A model generated the notes under the pieces. That model was not told where the DNA came from and ran no database searches. It saw nothing but the letters and a program-made list of their open reading frames with translations. From IMG/VR virus record IMGVR_UViG_3300028563_000011, positions 32,001 to 96,000 of that record: 64,000 nucleotides of DNA, one strand, 5' to 3'. Both the position numbers and the translations under genes were made by a program. Numbering within the stretch: position 1 is the stretch's first letter; the number at the start of each line of letters is the position of its first letter. Shown here piece by piece: positions 1 through 10,900 of the stretch. This DNA comes from a virus.

Positions 1-1294
1 TCTGACTTTGCAAATCAGTTATTTCTTGTTCAAGCATTGGTAAGCTATTTAATGCAACCTGAAATTCTGGTAGATCAGATAAACTGATTACTTTTATTAC
101 TTCAATATCAGTAACAGGATCGGTGCCAAAGGTTTGAACAAAAGGACGTGCGTAGACTGCTCCTGTGGGTGCAGTTGTCACTAAATTTAGTGCGCTCCGG
201 GATATATCTTTGTACGATTCTGTACGTCCACTGGTGACAACAAGTTCATTAAGATCATTAAGGACTGTAGTATCATTAGGAGAGTTAAGCCTCGCTTTGG
301 TGTTGTCATACCAAGCTACCGCCAAACGAACAGTATCATTAGCTGGGTCACTACTATTTGTACGCCGACGTACAACGTATCGAACACGATAAGAATAAGT
401 GTCCTCTAATTCAAATAGAGAACGAGTAGCAACAATCCCAGACCCAGTAACTCGTATAACGTCCCCATCACTTGCCGTTATAACTGCGCTAAGAGGGGTT
501 AAGCTATCAGGCTCTCCTCCAGTAAGAACTGAGACAAATAAATCTGGAGTATCTCCAGGGCGGAAAGGAACACTAAAGGCTTGGACCCCAGAAAGGTCCC
601 CAGCACCAGCACCAATATTAGCCCTAGCTTGGGCTTGCTGTGGGACCGTTAGTGATTGTCCAGTATCAAATCGCACTGCCTTACTAGCAATTTCTCCACC
701 AACAAAAGCTGTGCTGGCTATTTTAGTACTACTGTTCCCAGAACTTTGTGTGGGAGTAGTAGGATTACCGGTTAAAGCAGGTGAATCAATCGGTGCTTTA
801 GCCCCAAGTTCAGTTTGAACATAAGCTGTTGTAGCGATTTGGGGGGTATTAGTTCCAGGTGTAGCTGTTGGAGCAGCAGGAGTACCAGTAAGAGTGGGGG
901 AAGCTATATTTGCTTTTGCGGATAAAGCATCAGCAGATAACCACTTCCAACCAGCAGGTGAGACCGACCAAGCATAAACGCCAGTGTTACTGACTGAACC
1001 TCCTACAACAGGATCGGTATGGGTACCCCCATCTCCATAGACTTCAGCCTTTTCTCCCAAAAAAGTTCCAGTAATAGCGCTAAGATGAACCCAAGTGTCT
1101 TGTACAATTGAGTTACCATTTGCTTGCTCAAGATTAGACAATCTTGTAGCTAAAGCGCCAGCACCACCCAATTGAGTTGCCAAGTCAGAAATAGTTTGTC
1201 TAACCGGACCTGTGTTTCCATTCACACCCAAAACATGGGTAGTAGAGGAAACAAGTGGGGAATTGGGGGCTTGGATGGTATCGTCGTCTGCCAT
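1..1294 (-). CDS. Tail fibre protein (runs off window start; not in ORF track)
   Basis: ATG at 1294; translation MADDDTIQAPNS... with two SP(T/A)LTG(T/N)PxxPT...(PQ/TK)IA(T/S)TA(Y/F)V fibre repeats and a QQAQARANIG motif. Confidence 0.8.
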   Translation of the reverse strand, partial: MADDDTIQAPNSPLVSSTTHVLGVNGNTGPVRQTISDLATQLGGAGALATRLSNLEQANGNSIVQDTWVHLSAITGTFLGEKAEVYGDGGTHTDPVVGGSVSNTGVYAWSVSPAGWKWLSADALSAKANIASPTLTGTPAAPTATPGTNTPQIATTAYVQTELGAKAPIDSPALTGNPTTPTQSSGNSSTKIASTAFVGGEIASKAVRFDTGQSLTVPQQAQARANIGAGAGDLSGVQAFSVPFRPGDTPDLFVSVLTGGEPDSLTPLSAVITASDGDVIRVTGSGIVATRSLFELEDTYSYRVRYVVRRRTNSSDPANDTVRLAVAWYDNTKARLNSPNDTTVLNDLNELVVTSGRTESYKDISRSALNLVTTAPTGAVYARPFVQTFGTDPVTDIEVIKVISLSDLPEFQVALNSLPMLEQEITDLQSQ

Positions 1295-1312
1295 GACTCA
1301 CCTTATCTTAAC

Positions 1313-2872
1313 TTAGAAGACTTCCCAAACCTCAATAGTAGAATTTATAAGAACACTTGATGTTCCATTAGGAGTGTTTTGAGCAAATTGTGGAACAATA
1401 GTTCCAGTAGTACTGACTCTAATAAATCCTTCAATCTCAGTAAATACAGTTGTAGCCCCAGCTTGACCAGCCCCAGTAGCACCTAAGGCAGTTTGTCTCT
1501 TTGTTACTACAAGAGAACTCGCTCCATTATTTATGGACTTAATGTTATAAGTGATAGATACGGGCGTAGCTGTACCCCCCATTGAATATTGATGACCACC
1601 TGTAGCATCGGCTGTTACGTGTAACACAACTCTAAATTTATAATTGACTCCAGAAGCAAGATTAACCTGAAGATCAGTAATCGACGCTAAAGTAGCATTC
1701 GTCTTATCGAATTGAGCAGTTAGATAGTGCAGTCCGTTAGTACCTAATATTCCTTTAGTTATATCACTTGTTTTAAGAACATTGCCAATATTCATAACAT
1801 TGGAGTTAGTAGCTCCGTAGACATCAACACTAGGACCAATTACTATGTTATTACTACCACTTGTTAGACTAGCAGCAGCGCCAGGGCCTATAATAGTATT
1901 ACTGTTTCCAGTAACCAAGAGAGCACCAGCAGCTTGCCCAATACCAATATTATTAGCACCAGTAGCATTAACAAATGCATTAACGCCTATAGCAACATTG
2001 TTGTCAGCTAGATCGGAATTTAGGGCGTTAGCCCCTATCGCAATGTTATAATTACCATGCTTATTTTGGTAAAGAGCAGTCGAACCAAACCCTACATTGT
2101 AGTTTCCATCTATATTCGCAGCTAAACAACGGTCCCCTATAGCAACATTTGATAGACCAGTAGTATTAGCTAATAAACAAGCCCCACCGATAGATATGTT
2201 AACATTTCCGCTTGTATTAACCGGTAATGCCGAAGTGCCAATAGCAACATTGCTAGTACCGGTATTAGCGCCAGCAATTGCACCGTTACCGATAGCGACG
2301 TTACCAGCACCAGTATTGGCTCCGGCAAGAGCCGAAACTCCAATCGCTATATTATTATCCCCTGTATTAGCATTACCAGCAGCCGAACCAATTGCAGTAT
2401 TAGATGCCCCAGTTGTCCCACTTGTTAAAGTATTGGCACCAACCGCTGTGTTGTTAGTACCAGCTATGTTACTTCGTAAGGCATTCGTACCAACTGCTGT
2501 ATTACTTACTCCCGTACTATCTCGAAGAGCAAGAGCCCCTACAGCAGTAACTTGAACAGCGGTAGTGACGGATTGCATGGCACGATTGCCAATTGCAACA
2601 TTGTTACCAGCCGTAGTATTAGCAGCCCCAGCATTATACCCAACAAATACGTTTGAACCTCCAGTTGTATTTGCTAGACCAGCATTAACCCCTACCGCAG
2701 TATTGAAAGCCCCTGTATTATTTGCAGTGAGGGTTGAATAACCTACAGCTGTATTATTATTACCTGTGGTAAGGGAGCGGAGAGCTCCATAACCAAATAA
2801 TGTATTAAAACTGGAGACAACTGCTCCTATAAATCGACGTAAACGTGGGCGACTACCGGGGTTCAAAAACAT
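1313..2872 (-). CDS. Tail fibre/spike with NTAVG/NVAIG beta-roll repeats
   Basis: About 20 14-aa N(T/V/I)A(V/I)GxxAL repeats; likely start MFLNPG at 2872 just after the upstream stop; lies in the fibre region. Confidence 0.7.
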   Translation of the reverse strand: MFLNPGSRPRLRRFIGAVVSSFNTLFGYGALRSLTTGNNNTAVGYSTLTANNTGAFNTAVGVNAGLANTTGGSNVFVGYNAGAANTTAGNNVAIGNRAMQSVTTAVQVTAVGALALRDSTGVSNTAVGTNALRSNIAGTNNTAVGANTLTSGTTGASNTAIGSAAGNANTGDNNIAIGVSALAGANTGAGNVAIGNGAIAGANTGTSNVAIGTSALPVNTSGNVNISIGGACLLANTTGLSNVAIGDRCLAANIDGNYNVGFGSTALYQNKHGNYNIAIGANALNSDLADNNVAIGVNAFVNATGANNIGIGQAAGALLVTGNSNTIIGPGAAASLTSGSNNIVIGPSVDVYGATNSNVMNIGNVLKTSDITKGILGTNGLHYLTAQFDKTNATLASITDLQVNLASGVNYKFRVVLHVTADATGGHQYSMGGTATPVSITYNIKSINNGASSLVVTKRQTALGATGAGQAGATTVFTEIEGFIRVSTTGTIVPQFAQNTPNGTSSVLINSTIEVWEVF

Positions 2873-2876
2873 GGGC

Positions 2877-3314
2877 TTAGAAATCCCCAACAACAGCTGC
2901 AAGGTTAATAAAGGAATTAGTGGTTAACGCAGTTGCAAAAGTTGCTTGTAGTATATCTCCACTTTGGAGGAAGAAATATGGGTTTCCATCACTATCAATA
3001 GGTAAACCAGGCCATAAAGTGGGGGTCATAAGGTTCTTGGCTGGGGTCCCGTTAGCCCAGCCATCATTCACAGCAGTTGTAAAAACAACACCACCATAAA
3101 TAATACCACTCCTATTTATCGCAAGAGTGACATTGTGTGTAAGAGAACCATCATTATTGTTTTCCCAAAGACCAATTATCTTAGAACCATTAGCCCCACC
3201 AGTGTACAAAGTTTTATACGTGCCTGGGGCATCTGGTGTTGATATTGTTCCCAAAAACTGAACCAAAGCAAGTTTAGGAACTTGAACCAATACTGGTGAG
3301 GAAGAAGTAGCCAT
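2877..3314 (-). CDS. Tail fibre-associated structural protein
   Basis: Coupled to the upstream gene; TLYTGGANGSKI...LQSGDILQA beta-rich virion-type sequence. Confidence 0.5.
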   Translation of the reverse strand: MATSSSPVLVQVPKLALVQFLGTISTPDAPGTYKTLYTGGANGSKIIGLWENNNDGSLTHNVTLAINRSGIIYGGVVFTTAVNDGWANGTPAKNLMTPTLWPGLPIDSDGNPYFFLQSGDILQATFATALTTNSFINLAAVVGDF

Positions 3315-3799
3315 TATATGCCTCCAAAGTGAGTGAAGTTATATAGATAATTCACAGAATCCCAAGGCTTTGTATGGTAGCCGTTAATTATGACCCACCC
3401 ATCAACCCCATTACTCTTAAATCCAAGGATACCATCAGCGATCTTTATACTGATCGTAGTGTATATTTTATTTATTACATCGCTACCAGCCCTTGTGATA
3501 GAAATTTTAATTCCACTTGTGCAATTCCCTGATTCATCCCCCACCCAAAGCACTACGCCAGCCTCAACACTATTAGCAGCGGGTAAAGTAACCGTTCTTG
3601 AAGCTGTTAAAGAGGTGTAAGAAATCCAGTATTCTGAACCAGCAGTTATAGTATGATCAGCATCAGCAACAGTTGTGCGAGTGGCAAGCAAAGCATAAAG
3701 TTCAATGAAATTGTCATTTGCTTTTATGAAAGCAGTGCGTAGTGGATCACCGGTACCATCGTTGGCGACCGTACCGACACTAATGCTTTCTCTAGCCAT
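3314..3799 (-). CDS. Tail fibre/baseplate connector protein
   Basis: N-terminal ISVGTVANDGTGDPLRTAFIKANDNFIELY motif (T4 gp9/gp10-like) and TVTLP module. Confidence 0.7.
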   Translation of the reverse strand: MARESISVGTVANDGTGDPLRTAFIKANDNFIELYALLATRTTVADADHTITAGSEYWISYTSLTASRTVTLPAANSVEAGVVLWVGDESGNCTSGIKISITRAGSDVINKIYTTISIKIADGILGFKSNGVDGWVIINGYHTKPWDSVNYLYNFTHFGGI

Positions 3800-6700
3800 T
3801 AAAACGAATCCGCCTTGAGTATTGCATTATCTGCACTGAACACTGTAGTATCAGCTGTAGGCCCAAAGTGAATATAGAATGTTTTCGTATCCGAGTAAAG
3901 GCTAGACGTGCCACCAAAGCTTGTGGCTAAAACTTTAACTTCTATGGTATCACCCAACGCAAAACCAGTCAAAGTAACTTCTCCTGCCCCCGCAGGACCT
4001 GTTACCGTTGAGAATGTTGGACCACCGACATGTCGATACGCAACAGTATACGTAAATGGCGGAACACCAAATCCCGCAGCTATGAAAACTTCTGCGCTTC
4101 CCAATGCAATTGTTGTATTTATAACCGTTATAGAAGGAATACCAGGGGCCACATCCGGTACTGACGTTATATCCCCAATCCGCCCATCCCAAGCTGGTGG
4201 AACTTCTGCATCCGTTAACGAATCAATTTGAGGGGCATGAGGTAATAATGTCAGTAAACCACTATGAGTATCATTCCGTTCAATTGACTTAACTATAACT
4301 TCTAAGGCTGGGGAGGAGATCGAGTAAAATGAAGCCAAATCTCCAACTTCAGGTAAAGTCCCAGAACTTGTTATAACTAAGAGTTTGGTAGTACCATCCA
4401 TAGGAGCAATAGTATGTTCTATGGTTGAATTATCTGAACTCCGGAACCTACATTTGTAGGTTCCGCTCGCTACCATTGTAACAAATTCATCGATCTCTAC
4501 TGTATTATCTGAAACGGAACGGACTCGTCCACCAATCTGACGCCTATCAATTACTGGGTGTGCTAAATACCCAGCATCCCCCCGGCTGATCGTAAGATGT
4601 TCAATATCCTGATTAACTGTCCAACTACGCCTTCGGTAGATTGCCTCGTACTGACGACGCCTTGCTTCAATCCAAACTTCTGCAGGGTCTGTTTTACCAG
4701 GGATATTCAAATCCTCAGTGATTGCTACATCACCAAGATCAACTCCTGGGAAAGGAACGGTACGCCTTGATGCTATATAGTTATAGGTTTTATCCAAAAA
4801 TGGAACAACGTAAGCATCAGGATAGAATATTGGGGGATCGGCCTCCTTCAACCCCCAAGAATTCCTTGTAGAGATGTTATCAAAAAACTCCGTACGGGGC
4901 CTATCAATTATGATAGTACGTTTATCCAACCTTGCAGGCAATGCCCGTCCTGCACCACAAATATCTGCAAGAGTATCCTCACGAGTGACTGCATCCGTAA
5001 TAAAGGCATTATAGGTCAAACCTTTAGTGTTACAAAAGGTATGCCAATCCTCAAAAGCAGCAAGATCAAGCTCCGAGTCTTGATCTGGAAATACGTTTTG
5101 GGGGCCTTGTAAGAGTAGCCTAGCAATAGAAGCTGGGTTGGATGTTGCTTGAGTTACCCAAGAACTCCCATTCCAATCTGGGCAAAGTCTTCTAGCGAAG
5201 ATATTGAAAGTATCAAGAGTACCATTCAATTGAGCACTAGCTTTTATCCGTAAGGCCACATAAGCCATAGGCTTTTCGTAATTGAACGGGTATTCCGGTC
5301 GAAACCCACGAGACGTAACCCAAGTACACTTAGCTGTTGCGCGATTATTCCCTGAAACTGCGTCACTATCTGAATAAATAGAGTATTTTGTTAGTTTTAT
5401 CTCGTATTGTCCCCTAGGAACATCCCATTCAATCATTCGCCAAAATGGCGTAAGAGTTCCAGCACTAATTGTAAGGACACCATCCCTAGTCATCCCTGCG
5501 CCAATAACATCCAACCAAGTAGAAGACCCAATAGCACGATACTGGGCTTGGATGTCAATACTTATAGGATGGGGTCCGCCATTACTATCATAAAGAATCA
5601 TCCCTCCTGGAAAGAAAATCTCAACTTGAATATGAGTTATATCCCTAGCTGAAGCTCGAATTTGGGGTTGTTCTGATCCAGGAACAAACTGTGGAGAAAG
5701 TACTCCAGTTAATTGTGGAGGAGGCAAGTCAATTGAGAGGGATTCCTCAATAACCTGTTGGTGGTATAAGGTAAGAGGATCATCTGTGTCATAACCTTCA
5801 CGGTACTCAATTTCGTAGTCCGTGAATTCTGTTAAATCAGTTAGCCCTATCCTAGGGGCGTAATTCGAAAGATCAAGCGGACCATATCCTAACAAGAAAG
5901 CTACACGAATATAACGGTCATCCCCAACCGTTTCACTATACGGAAATGCCGCGTAAGGGGGAGCAAAACGCAACTCCCCAAACACGTTAGGTACTGGCAT
6001 TTCCGGTGTAGCTGTATTCTGTAAACCATCAATAGCATAAATCTGCCCAGCCGATAACGTAACTGGGGGCCTAATTGGCACAAGAGCATTAACGATTGCT
6101 CCACCACCTAAAGCTAAGGCTCCAGTACCAACTGCACTCAAAAAGTTAACAGCATTTGCCGAAAATAGTCCTGTGGCTGTTAAGGCTGGAGCAAGTTCTA
6201 ATTGTCCTATAGCCAAAGCAGCAACAGTAACAGCAATCAACAAAGCCGACCGCAATAAGTCATTGGCCCCAGGTATAACCCGTATAAACAGTTTGTCCCA
6301 AGCTTTGGGTTTAATTCTTGACCATTGCTTTTGAGGTACTACAACATTATCGAACAAGACCCGAACACGATTATACTGGGCCTCAGCGAGGCCAGGGAGG
6401 GCCAAGGAGACCGCATCCGCGATCGTGGAGCCAAGGGGGACCGTTAGGGAGAAACGCTCTCCCAGGTCTAAACTCGGGAGAATTAGAGCCTTCCCAGCTT
6501 CGAGGGGAACAGGCTCCACAGCTATCTCAGGTACGTAAAACCTATGACGTAAAAAACGACCAATTAAAGGCTTCCATCGGCCTTCATTGTACCGCTCAAC
6601 TCTCGAAGTAATGTCATGAGCTACATGTATAAATTCACCCCGACGCCGTACTAAGCCAATATGGGACTCAACTCGTCCTAACTTAAATGTTACTAAGTCA

Positions 6701-6948
6701 AAAGGTCGAACCTCAGTCTCATCAATATTATGCCAAGGCCAATATTCTGATGAGTCTAAACTTGCCAATGTGGCTTGCCTAAGCTCCTCTTCGCAAGCTT
6801 CTCCATAAAATCCAGGAAGGTTGATGCCCAGCTGCTCTTGGTAGACAAGAGAGATCAACCCCCAACAAGAAACTCCAGAGCGTTGGGCTCCACCCTCAGT
6901 AAAGGATAAGCCAAGATAATCACTACTCCAGTGCCGAATATTATTCAT
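3799..6948 (-). CDS. Tail tip protein: fused NlpC/P60 (gpK-like), gpI-like and TipJ/host-specificity domains
   Basis: N-terminal GVSCWGLI...HIGL...FIH NlpC/P60 motifs; PNVFG and TSNPA TipJ motifs; C-terminal FN3-like domain. Confidence 0.85.
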   Translation of the reverse strand: MNNIRHWSSDYLGLSFTEGGAQRSGVSCWGLISLVYQEQLGINLPGFYGEACEEELRQATLASLDSSEYWPWHNIDETEVRPFDLVTFKLGRVESHIGLVRRRGEFIHVAHDITSRVERYNEGRWKPLIGRFLRHRFYVPEIAVEPVPLEAGKALILPSLDLGERFSLTVPLGSTIADAVSLALPGLAEAQYNRVRVLFDNVVVPQKQWSRIKPKAWDKLFIRVIPGANDLLRSALLIAVTVAALAIGQLELAPALTATGLFSANAVNFLSAVGTGALALGGGAIVNALVPIRPPVTLSAGQIYAIDGLQNTATPEMPVPNVFGELRFAPPYAAFPYSETVGDDRYIRVAFLLGYGPLDLSNYAPRIGLTDLTEFTDYEIEYREGYDTDDPLTLYHQQVIEESLSIDLPPPQLTGVLSPQFVPGSEQPQIRASARDITHIQVEIFFPGGMILYDSNGGPHPISIDIQAQYRAIGSSTWLDVIGAGMTRDGVLTISAGTLTPFWRMIEWDVPRGQYEIKLTKYSIYSDSDAVSGNNRATAKCTWVTSRGFRPEYPFNYEKPMAYVALRIKASAQLNGTLDTFNIFARRLCPDWNGSSWVTQATSNPASIARLLLQGPQNVFPDQDSELDLAAFEDWHTFCNTKGLTYNAFITDAVTREDTLADICGAGRALPARLDKRTIIIDRPRTEFFDNISTRNSWGLKEADPPIFYPDAYVVPFLDKTYNYIASRRTVPFPGVDLGDVAITEDLNIPGKTDPAEVWIEARRRQYEAIYRRRSWTVNQDIEHLTISRGDAGYLAHPVIDRRQIGGRVRSVSDNTVEIDEFVTMVASGTYKCRFRSSDNSTIEHTIAPMDGTTKLLVITSSGTLPEVGDLASFYSISSPALEVIVKSIERNDTHSGLLTLLPHAPQIDSLTDAEVPPAWDGRIGDITSVPDVAPGIPSITVINTTIALGSAEVFIAAGFGVPPFTYTVAYRHVGGPTFSTVTGPAGAGEVTLTGFALGDTIEVKVLATSFGGTSSLYSDTKTFYIHFGPTADTTVFSADNAILKADSF

Positions 6949-7466
6949 CGATGTAGCCCAGGAGCCTTGTTGCGAGTTTGTCGCTCTCCAACCAAAGGCT
7001 CTAGACGATCTGCAGAATACGTACGGTTACCATAGCGAGAAACAGAAAGAGTAACTGTAGCCATCTCATAGTTACGATCAACAATCACAAGGTTTGGGAT
7101 GCTTAAAAACTGAGTGTCAGGCTGAGACCGTAATGCTAAGGCAATTGTTACTGTTGCCAACAGTGTCAAATTACGAACCAAAGGTTCAACATTCTCTACG
7201 ATATTATCAATGATAATATCGGTGGATTGAGAAAGATCTTCCGATTCTGTGGGGATAACTACATTTTGTAGTGCGTAGTTATACGTCAAACCATTAGAAA
7301 CAATACCGTAAGTCAATGGATCTGTAGCTAATAACCCAGGATAGTTTGTATAAAGTATAGGAGAACTTAAACTGCTATCTGCTATGGTTACTAATACAAC
7401 TAAGACATCGTCAATCTCTTCTGCAGTAAGAGCTTCCTTGATAAGAGTAGGAAGATCTAATGCCAT
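6945..7466 (-). CDS. Minor tail protein (gpL/DUF1833-like)
   Basis: Position between distal tail and tip genes; IIIDNI motif; C-terminal APGL. Confidence 0.65.
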   Translation of the reverse strand: MALDLPTLIKEALTAEEIDDVLVVLVTIADSSLSSPILYTNYPGLLATDPLTYGIVSNGLTYNYALQNVVIPTESEDLSQSTDIIIDNIVENVEPLVRNLTLLATVTIALALRSQPDTQFLSIPNLVIVDRNYEMATVTLSVSRYGNRTYSADRLEPLVGERQTRNKAPGLHR

Positions 7467-7471
7467 AAGAG

Positions 7472-7903
7472 TTAAGCCAACCTTTCAATCTGAAACTGAT
7501 GATCAACTAAAAATCCACTTTTAGGAGTTTTAACAGGAGTAGTTCCCCCAAACCGTACCAACCACCAAGACCCAAATACAATTGGGGTACCGCTTTGATC
7601 GGTTATAGTGTTACCATCCTGATCAGTCAAGGTTAAACCATCATAGAATAAATCAGGTAACCAGAAAGGTAAGACTCCATATCCAATTTCTTCATTCCAA
7701 AATCGCTCAAATCTAGCGTATTGATCTATTGTCAATGGCTGAACTTGAACGGTAAAAGGAGTAACAGCTGCAGAATTCAATAACCTTACCTTACCAGGAC
7801 CTGTATCAGTTTGACTCCGAATACGACCTTCTGCTTGTGAGAGCGTAAAGTTATCAAGGGCTGCAAGCTGCGGTAAATCAGAAGGCCATGTCGGTATGGT
7901 CAT
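7472..7903 (-). CDS. Distal tail protein (gpM-like)
   Basis: WPSDLP, IRSQTDTGPGKVR and GVLPFW motifs; directly after the tape measure gene. Confidence 0.7.
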   Translation of the reverse strand: MTIPTWPSDLPQLAALDNFTLSQAEGRIRSQTDTGPGKVRLLNSAAVTPFTVQVQPLTIDQYARFERFWNEEIGYGVLPFWLPDLFYDGLTLTDQDGNTITDQSGTPIVFGSWWLVRFGGTTPVKTPKSGFLVDHQFQIERLA

Positions 7904-10900
7904 GAGCCACGTAACCTAGGTTTTTGCTTTTGTCCCTGACTAGACAATAAACTGCGACTAGCTGGGGTTCCAGGTAAGAGAGCCGAGTTAACCATTTCAT
8001 TAATCACAATTCTGGCTTGCCGACCGCCCTTGCCATCTGACTCTTGTTGCACAGAAACACTAGCACCAGAGTGATTGTTTTCTACTGTAATTTGAGGTTG
8101 AAGGTAAATAGGTTGATTACCCCCGCCACTACCCCCATTCCAACTGTGACGAGGGTCATTACGTGTGATAACTTCTTCGTCATCCATAGCAATAATGGGG
8201 CGTTCTTTACCAACAATGCCACCACTATGAAAACGCGGAGCGTTAGTAAATTCTGAAGCGTGAACATAACGGGTTGCAGGTATATTCCCTACAATTCCAC
8301 CTGTATGCCCTTGACCTAAAGCAACCCACTCATTGCCAGTTAGCGTACCAGCACCCCCAGAACCTTGACCCCCAGAAAACTGAGCCAATGGATTATACCC
8401 AGTACCAATACCAAACATCCCTAAAGAACTACCCAAGATTTGTTTTATCAGTTGTTTACTAGCCATATCTATTAAAGTGTTCTGTAGGTTCTTAAAGGCA
8501 TCAGTTAAAGCAGTAATACCTTTTGTACCATTTGCAAGTTCAGTAAAGAACGTCGAAGCAAACGTTCCAGCTTGATCTGTTACAGCCTTTAACTCCGCGT
8601 TCAAACGCGTAGTTTGAGCTAAAGTATCGTCCATAAACTTAGACCAATCTCCTCCGTGAAGAGATTTTTGTAAATCAGCAACCTGCTTATCCGTATCGCT
8701 TAAGAACATCGTCTCACGAGTATATTTAGCGTCATCAGCAGCTTGAGATTCTCTAGTCGCTTGCTTTAATTGAGCTTCCAAATCCTTTTGAGCTTGTAAT
8801 GCAGTAATATGAGACTCATCCGCCTTGATGCGATGGGCCGCAGCTTCAGTCTCGACTTGTTGACGTGCTTGCAGTTCACCACGAAGCTTATCCTGCTGTT
8901 CAATAGATTTACCAACAAGAGTCAATTCCAATTGAGAAGTCTGAATACTTTGAGAACCCGACAGTAACCTAGATCTTGCTGCTTCAGCCAAGGTAAAGCG
9001 TTCTTGTGCTGTAGCTAAAGTGCCAGCTTGTGTTGATAGCTGTTTATAAATATCTAATGTCTTTTGATCTATTGTAGCATTAGCTCCATGAAGTACCAAG
9101 TATTGTTGTTCAAGTTTGGTCATCTCCTGTAGAGCAGCTTGCTGACCCTTAGCCTCAGGAGAAAGCGCGCCAATACCTTTCATTGCGACGTTAAAGTTTT
9201 GAGTTTCTTCTCTTAATTTAATGGTTAAATCTAAAGATTCTTTCATACTCTGGTCGTACCGCATAAACTTAGCTGGTAAAGAATTTAATTGATTGACCCA
9301 ATCTTCCTTAAACAAGCCTTGCAACATGGTTATAACAGCGGATTCATTTGTACCAATATCGCCAAGCTGTAAAACTTCAGCCTGAGACTTTAACTTTTGA
9401 AGTTCAGTTGTAACTTTCAATAACTGCATTGTTGATGCGTATTCATTAGACAAAGCAGCAATCTCAGAAGGAGCTAACTTTAGCTTACCTTCCTTCACTG
9501 CTCTCAATAACTCGTCTTGAATACGCAACTGAGTCGTTGCCTGCGTGCTCCGGCTTATATTATCAATTTCTGACTGCATTTCCTTTGTTTGATCTTTAAT
9601 ATGTTGTACTAATGGTTGTAATTGGAGAGATTGTTCTCCATAAACTTGGTTTAATTCTGTAGCTTTACGAGTAACAGCATCCTCGTCTTGTAGTAAAACT
9701 TTAAGAGCAGCACTTGCCTCCGCATAAGATTGCGTAGCGTGCTGCATACTATCCGCTTGAGCCCCGGCTTGATTTGGCTCATTCGGAGAAACTGCTCCTA
9801 AAATATCTGCAATTGTAAGCTTACTTGTAGCTATTGCAGAAGTTGGGGTTGTGGGTTGTTGAAGGGCTGGAAACGCCCGAGCAGGGCTTAAGGCTCCACG
9901 CTTTAAGCGAGCAGCTGCCGCAGTAAAGGCATCATTTTCTCCAGTAACAGCTTGATACGGCCCAGTTGTTTGCTCTTGTCCTGGAGATGGAATATTATAC
10001 AAGCGATCAGCTTGAGTGATAGGAGCGCCCATCAAACCAAAACGAAGAGCACTTGCAGTTGTACTTATAGTATCATTTAAAGCTTTTAAATAGGTTGAAA
10101 GCTTACCGAACCAAACCCTTATATTACTTGGTTGTTCAAGCCAAGGTTTGTTTAGTTGCTCAGTCCAGTAATCTGCACTATCTTTTATACGCTTGTCAAT
10201 TGCATCAAATTGTAAGGCTATGCCTTTGGCATAGTACATAGTATATTGATCACTGGAAGAAGGTTTAGACTTATCAGATTTATCTAATAAGTTTTGAAGA
10301 ACAATCGCACCATAAGCCTGTACTTGTTTATAAATATCCGGAGGTAAAATCATCTTAGCAAGGTCTAAAGCCGCCAACCGTTGACCTGCAGCAATAGCTT
10401 GATCCATCAAAGTAACAACAGCCTTAAATTTATCCTCCAAAGTTTGGGCTGTACTTAAAGCTGTAACTCCAGTATTTCCCTGGAAATACCCCATATTACT
10501 TAATTGAATGATACGGTTTCCTAACGGATCTCCTCCTATCCTTTGGGTTGTTAATTCATCCACCTTATGAAGAGCATCAATAACTGAATCAAGACTTAGC
10601 TTTGTACTGTCTGCAGCTTTTTGCAGTCCAATAAAGAATGGTAGGTCCAATTGAGCTTTGCTTGCTGCATCAATTTCTTTAGATGCGTTTACGACAGCAG
10701 CTTTAGCTAAAGTCCAAGCACTGACTACAACAAGAGTAGCTGCCCCCAAAGCTGTTGTAGCACGGGCTACAGTAACGACCGTAGCTGCCATAGCAGCAGC
10801 TGAAGCAACCGCTTGAGGGGAAGCAAAAGAAGCCATAGCCCCAGTAGAAGCAACTCCTAATAAAGCCCAAGCTTTGGATGACGCTTCAACAGCAGGTTGT

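Noticed and set aside
1845-2800. DGR-like or DNA-level tandem repeat in the fibre gene
   Set aside because: Repeats are protein-level with diverged codons; no reverse transcriptase or TR/VR pair in the window
6360-6530. GC-rich patches (also near 13250, 29250, 33750 and 54350) as a dispersed repeat family
   Set aside because: No alignable consensus could be found by eye
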